From: the human T2T-CHM13v2.0 reference genome, Homo sapiens
DNA length: 64,000 nt
NCBI RefSeq assembly: GCF_009914755.1
Contig: NC_060935.1
Reading direction: 5' to 3' (one strand)
Under the pieces are notes generated by a model. The model was not told the origin of the DNA. It saw nothing but the letters and a program-made list of their open reading frames with translations, and searched no databases. Positions 1 through 13,429 of the stretch are shown piece after piece. Position numbers and translations under genes: made by a program. The first letter of the stretch is position 1; each line of letters begins with the position of its first letter.

Positions 1-787
1 CAGACTTCTCACTAATGCTGCTTCCTCATAAGCTGCTGCCAAATGGAAGGTGACTGATTATAAATCAAACTTTGGGACAACTATAGTACAGCTTCCCCAA
101 CTGTCACTATTTCAAGCTACTATTAAGAACAAGAAAAAGCACCCAGATGTGTTAGTGACATTTTTCGTTATGAAAGATTAAAATGGGATCCTTGCTATGT
201 TTGGTTCCCAGTGTAATTAGTCTTTCCTTTATAAAATATCACTGCTGTATTATTCCTTCTGCCGTTTGTTGAGAGCAAATTATATATTACTTTTAGCATT
301 TCATTCACCTCTTATCTACCAAAACGTGGTGCTGAGTAAGAACTGGACATTTTGTTCAGGATGTCTGATACACTAGAATGCCAAGTCTGTAGAAAGAAGA
401 CAAATGTGAGCACAAAGAGAGAAACCACAACAGAACCATTTCAGATTTATCATGCTCAAATGTAATGCACTACGCACATACACATCCATTTTAGAGAGGA
501 GAATGGTGGATAGCTCACACACCTGTCCAGCTAAAAGATCAGAAAAGAACCTTTTCCTCTTCGTTTACTGCCAAATATATAGGTACCTTACTGTTGTGAG
601 AGTTCCCAGGCAATCTTCAGGATAAAAAAAAAAAAAAAAAGAGGAGAGAGATGGCAAGGATATTTCCTGGCTTTTTAATCTTTTGCCTTTGCCACATTTC
701 CCTGGATTGAGTGTTGGTCAATGAGTGACTAATCTTTGGTAAATCATCAGTGGCTGAGATGAAAAGTGAGCAGGGCTAGTGGGTATT

Positions 788-1940
788 TGCTGTGGGTTGA
801 ATGTGTCCCCCCAAAAGATATGTTAAAGTCCTAGCCCCCAGGACCTGTCAATGTGACCTAATTTGGAGATGTAATCAGTTAGTATGAGGTCATTCTGGAT
901 TAGGGTGGACCTTAATCCATTGATTGGTGACCTTTTATGATGATGAAACTCTGGACACAGAGACACACAGGGGAGAAGGCCATGTGAAGACGGAGGTGGA
1001 AGTGGAAGCGATGCAGCTACAAGCCTAGGAACTCCAAGGACTACCGGCAACCAGCAGAAGCTGGGAGATGGATTCTCCCTCAGTACCCCAAAAATAGCAA
1101 CCACATCTGCAGACACCCTGGTTTCAGACTTTTCATCTCCAGAACTGTGAGAGAATCAATGTTTGCCTGTTTTTTTAAATTTTAAGTTCCAGGGTACACG
1201 TGCAGGATGTGCAGGTTTGTTATATAGGTAAACATGTGCCACGGTGATTTGCTGCACCTATCAACCCATCACCTGGGTATTAAGCCCAACATGCATTAGC
1301 TCTTTTTCCTGATGCTCTCCCCCCTCATCCCACCCCACCCCCCCACAGGCCCCAGTGTGTGTCATTCCCCTCTCTGTGTCCATGTGTTCTCATTCTTCAG
1401 TTCTCACTTATAAGTAAGAACATATAAGTGTTTTTTGTTTTGTTTTGCGGTGTTTTGTTTTCTGTTCCTGCGTTAGTTTACTGAGGATGATGCCTTCCAG
1501 CTTCATCCATGTCCTTGCAAAGGACATGATCTTATTCCTTTTTATGGCTACATAGTATTCCACGGTGTATATGTACCACATTTTTTAAATCCAGCCTATT
1601 ATTGATGGGGATTTGGGTTGATTCCATGTCTTTGCTATTGTGAATAGTGCTGCATTGAGCCTGTGTGTGCATGCATCTTTGTAACAGAATAATTTGTATT
1701 CCTTTAGGTATATATCCAGTCATGGGATTGCTGGGTCAAATGGTATTTCCAATTCTAAATCATTGAGGAATTGCCACACTGTCTTTCACAATGGTTGAAC
1801 TAATTTACATTCCCACCAACAGTGTAAAAACATTTCTATTTCTCTGCAGCCTCGCCAGCCTCTGTTGTTTCTTGAAATGTCTGTTTTAAGTCAACCAGTT
1901 TGTGGGACTTTTTTTACAGCAGCCCTAAGAAACTAACACA
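788..1940 (+). mobile_element. MLT1C-like MaLR solo LTR, split by an L1 insertion (LTR parts 788-~1170 and ~1876-1940)
   Basis: Starts TGCTGTGGGTTGAATGTGTCCCC and ends GCAGCCCTAAGAAACTAACACA. Perfect 5-bp TSD GTATT at 783-787 and 1941-1945. Confidence 0.85.
1170..1875 (-). mobile_element. 5'-truncated L1PA (about L1PA8-10) 3' end
   Basis: T-rich tail, then GGGTACACGTGCAGGATGTGCAGGTTTGTTATATAGG (L1PA 3'UTR, reverse strand) and ORF2 C-terminal sequence. Degenerate TSD AATGT..CTGTTTT on both sides. Confidence 0.9.
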
Positions 1941-3695
1941 GTATTAGTCATCAATAAAGTGTTTTCTGGCTTCAATGATTTTTGATAATTCTTTGTGTTA
2001 TTTACTTTGTTTGGTCTAAAACCAAGAATGCCAGCAACTATGCCTCAAAGTCCATGGGGCTTTTTGGGTTGTATCTACATTCGCTTTCTTTGTGTTGTTT
2101 TTTCCAAAAAAATATTATTATTAAAAATAAACTTTAAAAAACAGGGGCCATTCTCATCTTGATTGATCAAAATCTTCTGGCCCCTGCCCCCACCCTCTTC
2201 ATTGTCAGTGAATTTTTAAACTCCCCACACATCTGGCATACACATATTGTTAAGGATAATGTATGAACAAACAAGAAATAGAAAAAGAAAAGCTTGCAGG
2301 GTCTCAAATGTTAAATAACAATGGATACACACTGTGAATTTCTGAGAAGAGGTCTTTTGAATGATCCATGTGTTGGCCTGTGGGCTAAGGCATGATTTCT
2401 TCCTAGAAGCTTCTCCCAGGGCAGGCACTTTCTGATCCAGAACAGTCAGAGATTGCCCTATTCAAAGCATCACACTCTGGTGCCGTAGTGTTTTCTCTTA
2501 GCTGACACTCTTTCTCTATCTCTGGTCTATCTCCTTTGTTAGATTCAAGGGGTCCTAGAGCAGGGTCCCATTTTCATTCCATCTTTGTATCTTTGTTTTC
2601 AGCATCCTGCCTGGCAAAGAGCAGTTTCTCAGCCTTGGAATGACAGAGTCTCTGCCCTCCAGGGCCCCACAGTACAAGCTGGCACCTCTTCTCAAAGCAA
2701 CATTGACAAATGGCAATGGCTTTCTATTTGAGCCCACATTTGTTAATGCTGCTTTTAACAAGAAGTGCCAGCATGCTATACTGGCACACACAGCACCATA
2801 ACAACAAAATAAAGTCATCTGCACAAAACTAAGATTATCCTAAGATAAGCCCCTACAGCCGGGGAGGGAAGTGCAAGAGAGGGGAGTCAAAATATTTACA
2901 GATACGTTTTAGATCCAGAAGATATTCTCACATTTCTGGTTATTTACATTGTTCTACCGAAATCTCTCTCTAGCAGTGACTTCAGTTAGCTGTGGATGCC
3001 CTGGCTTTAAATTAGTCATGGTGTTGTTATTGACTTTTGGGAGCAAATCTAAGCTACTCCGTATTTTAGCTGATCTGTCAGGCATTGCCAGCAGCTGCAA
3101 ATCAATACGATCCCCCTCACCCTACCATACTCGTTGGCCAGGATTTACTGGCTGCGGCTGTTCTGTGTTAACGCAGCTCTTGGAGTGGGCCTGTCCTGGA
3201 GATGATTATTTATTTTCAGGAGGTGGCCTTCTCACAGGAGCCCATCCATCCCATGTCAGCACACCTTGTCCACCAGCTGCTGTGGCTGCTGTGGGCATCT
3301 TGCCAGCCCAGCACTGCCAGCAGAGAGTGGCTTTCTCTGCTTCCTCTAATCCCCCTTCCCCTTCCCTGCCATGTGAATTTCCATGATAAATCACCCAAGA
3401 AAGATTTCCAATGCGTTTTGACAGGATGAGACTGTGTGATTCAGCTTGATCTCGTTAAGAGCCCTATAGCCAAATCCTCCAAAGCACAGCAGGCGAGGAA
3501 AGCTTGCAAATTGTGGATGGCTTGTCTCTCCAGCTGAGGGAGAGACTTAACTGACACTCTGCTGCCTTTCTGCCCTTGACCTAAAGGAGGGAAGAATATT
3601 TGCTGCACATTTTCATTTGCAAAGTCCCTGTGTTCAGTGAAGGCATTCTTGTAAGAGCTGAGTACCCAGGCTTCTAAAGAATGTATTAGCCCTCT

Positions 3696-4075
3696 TCATT
3701 CATTCATTTATTCATTCATTCATTAATCCATTCATTCATGCTACAAACATGTGCACAATAAATATAACAGGCACTATGGTAAATGATAAATAAGACACCA
3801 ATTCATGCTCTCCAGGAACTCACAGTGTAGGGATAAATAGACATACAAATAGACGATTAAACACCAGTATGTAGAGTGCAGTGGTATAAAAAAGCACCAA
3901 ATAGTACAACAAGAAGGGGCATCAAATTGTGTCTGGAAGGGGTGGTGATGAGGAAGAAGAGCTTCCTGGTGGAAGTGATGCCTAGACTAATTTTAAAGGA
4001 TGAATGGGAGTATTCATCTGGGGATTTGGGGTGCTGGAAGTGGGATGTCTTAGACAGGGAGGGAAGCCATGAGTA
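3696..4075 (-). mobile_element. L2 3' fragment
   Basis: (CATT)n tail followed by L2-like CTCCAGGAACTCACAGTGTAG and GCTTCCTGGTGGAAGTGATG. Confidence 0.7.
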
Positions 4076-6109
4076 AAGACTTTCTTATTAATCTCTATTG
4101 CCTTCAATCTCAACTTGCTCATGGGTTGTGATTCTCACATTAGCTCCTTTTGTGTGGTTCGTCCCCAGTTGTGTGTTAAGTGACTGTCTGACCGTAGCTT
4201 GCCCTGACTCAGTGTGGATTTCATTGCATGGACCATATTTTAGCATCCTGCTTAAATAATCTTGGCCATCTTCAGGTTTTTCCTTGATTTGGGGTTTACT
4301 GCTGTCCTCTTGACATTGCCAGCTTATGGTTGTTTTTACTGACTATGCAACCAATTGAAAAATAAAACACATTTCCTTGGAAACAGGATGACAGCAACCT
4401 CTGTCCAGGTTGACAGGAAATTCAAGGCTGGATTTATGTTTCTCTATATTTTTATTTCCAACCACCTTACACATAGGAGGGGCTCAGTATATACTTGGTA
4501 AGAGAATGAACGAATGGGTGGCCCAAATAACAGGCATCTCTCTTCTTCACTGTCTGTAATTATTCCAAGAGCAGAGAACAAGGATAGCCATGCCATTGTT
4601 ATAAAAATTCAGCTTCTCTGCACAGTTAGAAGGAGGAACATGTAGGATTTGAAGGAGCCTGAAGTTGGATGACCCATGATACGCATGACATGGAAACCAT
4701 ACAGAAAGGAGAGTGCCCAATAAATGCAGGCACCTTGAGCATAGGGGCTGCAGCCTGGAAACTCGAGTGGAAATGATGATGGAGTCAGATTAGTCTATTT
4801 TGTCTGCAGTCTCATATTTAGGACTCTGCCTTGGCTAGACAGGCAGACACTTTTATTCTGCATATGAGAGAGGCGGGAATGCTTTTTCCAGGCAATTAGC
4901 TTAAAAAAGAGTGAGGTTCCTTGGCTTTACTGAAATGCCAGAAAAGATTATGAAGTCTCTAAAGATAAGAAGAAAGCCAGGGTGGTAAATGACATTTTAT
5001 TCATTAGGATGGATACTCAAGTATTTTTTGCCTCTAAGAATGTTTTGTCCTTTGTACATTGGGGTGGGGCTTCTGCAATACCATTAGCCATAATAACAGC
5101 AATAAAACCATCTTACATTTGCATGGTACTTTGCAGTTGAAACATGCTTTTATGAATGTAATTCAAATTATAGAAGAGACTTGTTGGGGCAGGATGGGAG
5201 GAGGATGTTTTCAAAGAATGATTGTTCCTGTCTTGTAGGAAATTTAACAATCAAGTCTTTGCTTATGGAGTCTGATTCAGGCTCAGAAACTACAGTTTAC
5301 ACAGTAGGGCTTCATGATTAGGAGAGTGAGCTTTCTTGTCTGTCCCGACCACCCCATGGCCAGTTGCCTAAACCCCACATTGTCCCTGGAAAAGCCCTCA
5401 ACTCTTCTTCAGTCAACTGCACTCAGAATGGATATCACTCCTGCAGTCTTGGCTTCTGCTCCTGGTTGCTTAGTTTCTAGAGACTGTAGGCTGAAGAGCA
5501 GAGCTTCCTAAGAAGTCTGGTTGGGTGGGTGACTTGTACTTGCCCCTTGGACCACAGTTGAGATGACTCTGTCACTAAAACTGATCTTTATCACGGTCCC
5601 AACACAGGGCTGTGTTCTGCCTCTTTTTGTTGCCCTTGTCATGGTAGTCATCACTAATTTTGATGCCTGTAATTCTACCTTAGTCTCTCTGTTGTACCTA
5701 CTGCAAACTACAACCACCATGGCTACCATTTTATACCTCTTTTACCACCTGCGATATGTAGGCAACTAAACAGCAACTGAGTCCTGTATACAACTTGCAT
5801 TCTGTGGGGTCCTTTGGCTTCTTACATTCTTAGGACCAAGAAGACAGGATTTCATGACATAGCTATCCCACTTGATACCAGGTTTGGCTCTTGCTTTTGT
5901 AGATAAGCATCCTGGCAGAAGTGGCAAGCAACACTTTACCTCTTCATCAACCAATGCATGCTTGGTGGAGAAAACAGCTGAACCCACAGGGCAAATTTTA
6001 ATTATATACTCTTTCAATATAAGAATGTTTGGCTATACTTCCAATTCCTGATCCTACCAGCAGGAAGGAATAATAATCACTGCCTCCAAAGGGCCAGGCA
6101 AATAATATG

Positions 6110-6300
6110 CATTTATTCTGATTCTCATAACCATCCTGCATGGATATCGTCCCCATATAATAGATTAAAAAAACTGAGGCTCAGAGAGGTGAAGTAATTT
6201 GCCCAATGTCATACCAATGGTAAGGGCCAGAACTGGCTTTTATACTCAGATCTGTCTGGCCTCAAAGCCCCATGCTCTTTCCACTCCACGTTGCTGCCTC
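6110..6300 (-). mobile_element. MIR SINE
   Basis: Core AAACTGAGGCTCAGAGAGGTGAAGTAATTTGCCCAATGTCA. Confidence 0.85.
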
Positions 6301-6429
6301 CTGCCTTACTTTCTGCAGTTGACTCATGCTAGGTCTTAGAGGAGGTGCCCAGAACATAAGCAGGTTATCTAAAGCCATCCCATCTTTGAAAAAGTCCTTA
6401 GTGATTTTGAGTTTTAGGACTAAATATTT

Positions 6430-6565
6430 ATTATCTTATTTAAGCCTCACAAAACCTCTATGAAGTTGAGAAGGCAGCAATTATTAAAATAGTTATTTGT
6501 GGATTGAGGAAACTGGAGCTTAGCAAGGTTAAATGATTTCCCCAAAATTACAAAGCTAAGAGTTG
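6430..6565 (-). mobile_element. MIR fragment
   Basis: TGAGGAAACTGGAGCTTAGCAAGGTTAAATGATTTCCCCAA. Confidence 0.65.
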
Positions 6566-6907
6566 ATGGAGAACAGGCTCATTTCTACGTTTTCTGTTTT
6601 CAATGTCCTTACATTTTAATGTAACCTCACTCTAAGTCTGATTGAAAAAATAAAATATATTTTATGGAAAATACAAAAAACCCCAAAACCCTACAGAGAA
6701 TAAAATAAAAATCGTATAATTCTGACTTTCAAGGAACCTGTGTTTTCCTAGCTGCCTCTTTGTAGGCAGAATAGACTTTTCTATCGTTCCCATGCTTGCA
6801 GGAACCCCTCTCCACTCTGAGACATGATTATGCCCATCTATGAGACAATGGGGTTGGGCAAAGCACCAGGTCGGGGAAATATGAATCATCTACCTTTTCC
6901 TCTACAT

Positions 6908-7137
6908 CAGGGGTGTCCAATCTTTTGGCTTCCCTGGGCCACATTGGAAGAATAACTGTCTTGGGCCACACATAAAATATGCTAACACTAACCATAGCTG
7001 ACGAGCTAAAAAGAGAAACAAAGATCCATACAAAAATCTCATAATGTTTTAAGAAAGTTTATGAATTTGTGTTGGGCTGCATTCAGAGCCATCCTGGGCC
7101 ACATGCGGTCCATGGGTCGCGAATTGGACAAGTTTTG
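6908..7137 (+). mobile_element. MER30 (hAT-Charlie MITE), full length
   Basis: CAGGGGTGTCCAATCTTTTGGCTTCCCTGGGCCACATTGG...TTGGACAAGTTTTG; terminal inverted repeats present. Confidence 0.9.
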
Positions 7138-8027
7138 CTCTCTGTGACTCTTACAGATTTGAGTCTGCGTCCTGACTTCAGCAATCTTCTTGCTTGTCTC
7201 TGGAGACCTGGGTTCCACTCAGGACTGTCCAGGATTGGTGGCTTTGATCCTTACTCAGGTTGGTAGTTAACAAAGACTTCTTTGGTTTATATTCATACAA
7301 GTATATCAGAAGTTGCCTCGGATAGAAGAGATCAAAGAAATACACTGGGTCAGCTTCCTTAAAATTGTTTACTTCCCTTAAAACTTAAAAAAGTTAATGA
7401 TCATGAACTTCTTCACTAGATTTTCTCCCTAAGGCAAGAGACATCTTTATCATTAAGTGAGATTTTGAGGAACCAATTAGAGTGTTAAATTCTTGCTTAC
7501 AATTATTGATCCTTCTACTGGGAGTAGTGCTCTGTGTGTCTTCAGCTCGTACATGAAGGAGTCAGGACTGGGACCCACTCAGAGTCACAGGGCTAGTGGA
7601 GGAGGTGGGAGAGCATCCTGCAGTGGCAAAATGAGGGTGGCCTGAGCAAGTGCCTAAGGATGGAAATAGGATTTCTAGTTTGTTCTGTTTGATTTTCTCA
7701 GAGCTACCATTTCTTTACTTGCTTTTATTTGGCTTCCTAGAATGCAGTGAAATGTTTTGATCCCTGCCTAGAAATCCTAGCTTATCAAATTCACACAAGG
7801 ACTGAGGAACCCTTTGAATCAAAGGTGGAGATTTCTCAGATCCAGGATTTGATCAAAAGCAAGTTTTATGTTCTCCCTAGTCCCTCCTGCAGGCTTGGTT
7901 TCAACTCACTGAAAAGCAGAGTGATTCTCTCTTACAGATACTTCTATCTCTGCTTTTCTTTCTGTTCTTTTCTTTGTCCTCCTCCCCTATTCACCCACAT
8001 TTCTCAATCTCAGTCTGAGAAGCAGAG

Positions 8028-8128
8028 CCATGCTTCTCAAACTTTACTGGGAAAGCTCCTCACCCAGGGATCTTGTTAAAATGTGGATTCTGATTCAAAG
8101 AGCCTGGGGTGGGGTCCGAGAACTCCAC
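8028..8128. mobile_element. MER5-family hAT fragment
   Basis: GCTTCTCAAACTTT...GGGATCTTGTTAAAATGTGGATTCTGATTCA...CTGGGGTGGGG. Confidence 0.65.
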
Positions 8129-8899
8129 GTGGTGGTCACCTCTGTAGAGTCATGAGAGTGCTGTGGGGGCTGCAAGCTTGGCTGCAGACTGATCCACGTA
8201 TATGCTTTGTGGTTTAGGGGACCTGCTGTGATGTTGCTGTGGTCTCAGGGTGACCCAAAGTTGTCAACAATGAGGAACAAAACAACTCTTTGCCCCACTT
8301 TATGTCCCTATAGAGCTCTCATGTGACTCAACACAGGCCCAGATGTTCCCTGTCCCTCATGAGGCTCACTGTGCCAACAATGTTACCATTATTGCTCCTG
8401 AGGTCTTAGCTTGCCGGGCATTCCCATGGCCTAAGGGAGGGCTGATATTAGAAATCCTTTACTTCCCCTCTTTTCCTGCTCTCTGGCTTGGTTTTCTGTA
8501 GTGAGAGAGGTTCTCCTCTCCATCTAGGGACATGAGGGCAATGTCTACATGATACTTCCAGAACATGCCAGGAGTGGAGAAAAGTTGGAATCCGTGGTGT
8601 TGTGACCACTAGGTGACTCTTGGTAATCAAGTTCAGTGTTGACTGACTTGACTGTTTTTCAACAGAGTTGAATCGTTTTGATTAGTTTTTTTCCCTTGTA
8701 ATTCATTCTTCTTGGTTTCTTACCTGATTAACTGGAAGAGTTTGACTGGTATAACCTTATGGTAGCGCAGCCCTCTGTGATGCGGTTAATTGCTGTGTAA
8801 AGGTAGTTTTAACCATATTATCCTTATGCGACCAGGTTGCTCTGAGTTTCCTGTTTTGCATGGCCTCCTAGGAGCCAGGACATCGGTTTTCCAGTTTAG

Positions 8900-9222
<323 letters not shown>

Positions 9223-11151
9223 CAGTCCTTAAAATTTAATTGCCCTTGAAAAATGTTGCTGCCGTGTAGTTGGGAGTCAAAATAATTTCCAACCAATTAT
9301 TTTTCTGTAAATTTAAGTGGATACTGATTCTGTGCTGGAAATCTGAAAGATTCTTGAGTTCTACAACAAATTCTCAATAGGAAGGCATAGAATGTGGTCT
9401 ATGTATGGTAGGAGTTTTTGGGAGCAGAGGTAAGATGATTGTGTTGGTTGTCATCGTCTTTGGTGAAAGGACCTGACCTAATTCTGTGATAGCAATTGAG
9501 AGGTGGTGGGAGAAGTGAATCCTGAAATACTAGGAATAACAGGAGAAGGCCTTACCTAGGACTGCTCCACTGACCATAGGCCCTGAGAGGAGGCACCAGG
9601 GAGAAGGCTAACTTGATATGGCACAGGGACACTATTTAGTCAGTCCAAGAGCAGAGTCAGAAGCAAGGGGGTGCAGCATCATGCACCCTGCAGAAGTAAG
9701 TCCACCCTGAAATCTGCTCTGGACAGCTCTGACTGGTGCCTCTCCCACAGTCCCTGACCACAGAAGTGGTCCTAGATGCCACAGACTTCAGCCCTTTGCT
9801 GCGCTTCCTTGTTTGCCATAGTTCATTGGTTTGGGGTGGACACCTGAGCCCAGGGTGAGAATCCAAAGTCTGACAAGTGGCTTGTGACATGTTCTGCAGT
9901 GAGGCTCTGTCCAAACAGAGGTGAATGAGATGAACTCGGTTAGGGGCATTCTCTGTCTGATGGGTGCAGGTATAAGGCAGTGATGTGGAGCTGAGACTGA
10001 TAGCCGCATTTGGCCAAACATAAGAAGCGTAGGCAGAGGAAGCTGCTAGGAAGGAACATTCCTCCTATTTCCTTGTGGACAGATTACCTAGAGTAGCATT
10101 CCCGGCCTCTTTCTGCCCCTCATCCACTCCTTTTGAGAGAAGGAGAAGTGGCATTTTGGCTGGAATTTAATCTTCCCTCTGCCATGCAGTGACAGGTAAG
10201 CTTAAACCCTCTGCCCCTGCAATTACTTCAGTTTAATTCCGGGGTTACATGTTAGAGAACCCCCTTGGTGGTAACCTAAGCTACATTCTGCAAACAGCTT
10301 CACCAGTAATCAAGATAATATTTTAATCTCCATCTGCCGGATCACTATATCTATCTCTTTAGTCAGTTCTGAACTTGACTTAAAAAAAAAGTGATAATTT
10401 ATTGATTCCCCAAACTCTTAACAATGGTACATGAACTGGGGACCTCGGAAAGAAGATAATGTGTCCAGTTTGGGGATTAAAAATAACGGATGTAGCCTAG
10501 GCTGGTGGCTTTTCACCCTGTCAGTCTGCAGTGACCTGTATTTGGCTGTGTGGCTAGTTTTTGCTGCTGTGTAGTTGGCTTCTAGTAGGCCTGGCCTTGT
10601 AGGTGGCTTAGGCCCTGGGCTTAATTAAGGGAACCACATGGGAAAATGATCTTGGTGGCTCACTGCAGATTATGGCGGCTTTGCCTACAGGCAAAAGGAT
10701 ATTTTTATATAGGAAAGGGTGGTTTTCCATACAGACAGCGTTGTGTATAACGGGGCTGCTGCTTGGGCCTTAACAGATGCCCAGCTGAGAGGTCAAAAAC
10801 AGCTGACCTTGAACAAGGCTGTGGCTTGTCTTAGTATTGCAGGGAAGGCTGAGAGAGGGATTTAATCATCAAAAGAGAGTCTTTGAATCTCAGTGAAGGC
10901 TTGCCTTGAAACAGGTAGAGTTCCAGGAACAATTTTTTTTGCTCCTCTTGCTGTGCTTCTACAAAGGTACCTAAATTCCATGTGGACCTTACTAGTGTGT
11001 ATATGAGGTTTCCAGCTGTGAATTGTTAATGCCAGGCCTAACTCATCTGCTATTGAACTGGCTGCCTCAAATTCCATTAACTGCACTCAAGGACAAAAGG
11101 GAATGGGGGCAGAGCAATTTCCAGTGTTCTTTGTCTTTTATAATTTATTTT

Positions 11152-11262
11152 AAAGGCCACAGCACCTGATATTCCCAGGCAGTCTCCCATCCAAGTACTA
11201 GACAGGCCCAACCCTGCTTAACTTCTGAGATCAGGTGTGTTCAGGGTGGTATGGCCTTAGAC
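11152..11262 (-). pseudogene. Retroposed 5S rRNA pseudogene with a 10-nt internal deletion
   Basis: Reverse complement reads GTCTAAGGCCATACCACCCTGAAC...AGTACTTGGATGGGAGACTGCCTGGGAATATCAGGTGCTGTGGCCTTT, matching 5S rRNA. Degenerate A-tail (~11138-11151) and TSD AGTGTTC(TT)TGTCTT at 11123-11137 and 11264-11276. Confidence 0.95.
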
Positions 11263-11289
11263 AAGTGTTCTGTCTTAAGAGTGTCTCCT

Positions 11290-11605
<316 letters not shown>

Positions 11606-11633
11606 TCACTGGGAGGTCTCTAGGCTTGCTTTG

Positions 11634-12106
11634 TGTCTTAGTTTGCTTTCCTCCAAGAGCTGAGTTGAGACTGAGTGTAGATAGGGTGTTTTTGTTTCCT
11701 TTTTGTTTTGCTTTTGAAATGACCCCAGGAAGCTTAAGTGAGAGGATGGGGTAAGTGAGAAAGGGAAAGCAAGAAAGGGCGTATTATGGAGTTGGTTTTC
11801 ACCATGGACAACAAGAACCCTCTGGGAATTGAGTAGACTGCATTAAGGTTATCTCTGGAGCATGGCAAGCTGGGCTACTTATCTGCTGTGCCCTGTTCCC
11901 CATGGATTGACAGCAGGCCCCTTGCTTGTTGGCACAAGGACTGAGTGGCCTTCTCAGGCTTTGGAGGGGGGCCTGAAGCAGACAAGCCTTGGGAAGTGTT
12001 TGAGGGGGGATACTGGCAACATGCCAGAACTGTGCCACTCAGTTGTGTTGAAATCAAATGAGCTGCAGAGGGGATGTGGCATGAGGACCCCAGAGCTTCT
12101 GCTACA
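11634..12106 (-). mobile_element. Ancient ERVL solo LTR (LTR16-like)
   Basis: TGTCTTAGTTTG...GACCCCAGGAAGC...GTGAGAAAGGGAA...CTGCTACA; TG/CA ends and near-TSD CTTTG/ATTTG. Confidence 0.55.
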
Positions 12107-12619
12107 ATTTGTTAGTTATACAAACTCTGACCATGACTTTGGATTTCTGAGGCCCACAAAATAGTAGCAGGTTTTAGGAATAAACAAATGCCATCAGTCC
12201 TTATTATGCAGAGAATATGCCATCAAAAAGAAATAAAGTAGAAAATTATCTTGATGAAATGATTTCAAATCCAAAGACTATAAAGGCTTTGGCCTGGAAT
12301 TCTCAGCTTCTAGAAATCAAATTAACTCAGGAAATCAAAGAGGAGCAAAAGGAGCTTGAGAAATATATTTCAAACTACTAACAGAATAGAAGGAAGGGAG
12401 AAAACAAAATAAAATAATGGAAGAAAATATGATTAAATTGTAATAAAAGATTTTTTTAGGAGATGTGTTGCAATCTAGAAACTAAACTAGAAAATCTGAA
12501 ATAGAAATTTGTTTGTTTGTTTTTTGATGTTTTAAAGCTCGTATAGGCAGATATGAAAGGGAAAATGAGATATGCCTGGGTGTAATTATTCTTAACAGGG
12601 TTTTATAAAAGTGAAAATG

Positions 12620-13429
12620 GTTTTATTTATTTTAGTTTTTTAAAACTTATTTTATAAACAGTTTTTATTTACGGTTTTAATGGATACCTAATGTACATAT
12701 TTATGGGGTACATGCAATATTTTGACATAAGCATGTAATGTGTAATGATCAAATTCGGGTAATTGGGATATATCCATCACCTCAAACTTTATCATTTCTT
12801 TGTGTTGAGAACATTCCAAATCTTCTAGCTATTTTGAAATGTACAATAAATTATTGTTAACTATAGTCATTCTTTTGTGCTACTGGGCATTAGAGCTTAT
12901 TGCTTATGTCTAACTGTATTTTTGTGCCCATTAACCAACCTCTCTCTCTCTCTCCTACCCTTTCCAGCCTCTGGTAAACATCATTCTACTCTTTCTGAGA
13001 TCAGTTTTTTTAGCTCCCACATGTAAGTAAGAACATGTGATACTTGTCTTTATGTGCCTGGCTTGTTTCAGTTAACATAATGTTCTACATAATGTTTGTC
13101 CATGTTGCTGCAAGTGATATGATTTCATTTTTTTGTAGCTGAGTAATATTCCATTGTGTATATATACCACATTTGCTTTATCCAGACATCCACTGATGGA
13201 CATTTAGGTTGATTCAATATCTTGGCTATTGTGAGCAGTGCTGTGATAAACATGGGTGTGTAGATATCTCTTTGATATACATATACTGATTTCCTTTCTT
13301 TTGGATATGTACTCAGCATTGGATTGCTGGATCATACGGTAGTTCTAGTTTTAGTTTTTGAGGAACCTCCATACTATTTTTCATAGTGGCTGTACTACTT
13401 TCCATTCCCACCAACAGCGTACGAGAGTT
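12620..13429 (-). mobile_element. L1MA (about MA4-MA6) 3' fragment
   Basis: T-rich tail, ATTTATGGGGTACATG...TAATGATCAAATT 3'UTR, and an ORF2 C-terminal remnant (PMFITALLTIAK...PKCPS...WYIYTMEYYSA). Confidence 0.9.

Noticed and set aside
2949-3386. 145-aa ORF in non-repeat DNA
   Set aside because: TTG start, no recognisable domain, composition typical of random translation, and no convincing splice context.
8603-8620. CTCF-like motif TGACCACTAGGTGACTCT
   Set aside because: Mismatch at a high-information G; cannot be supported without ChIP data.
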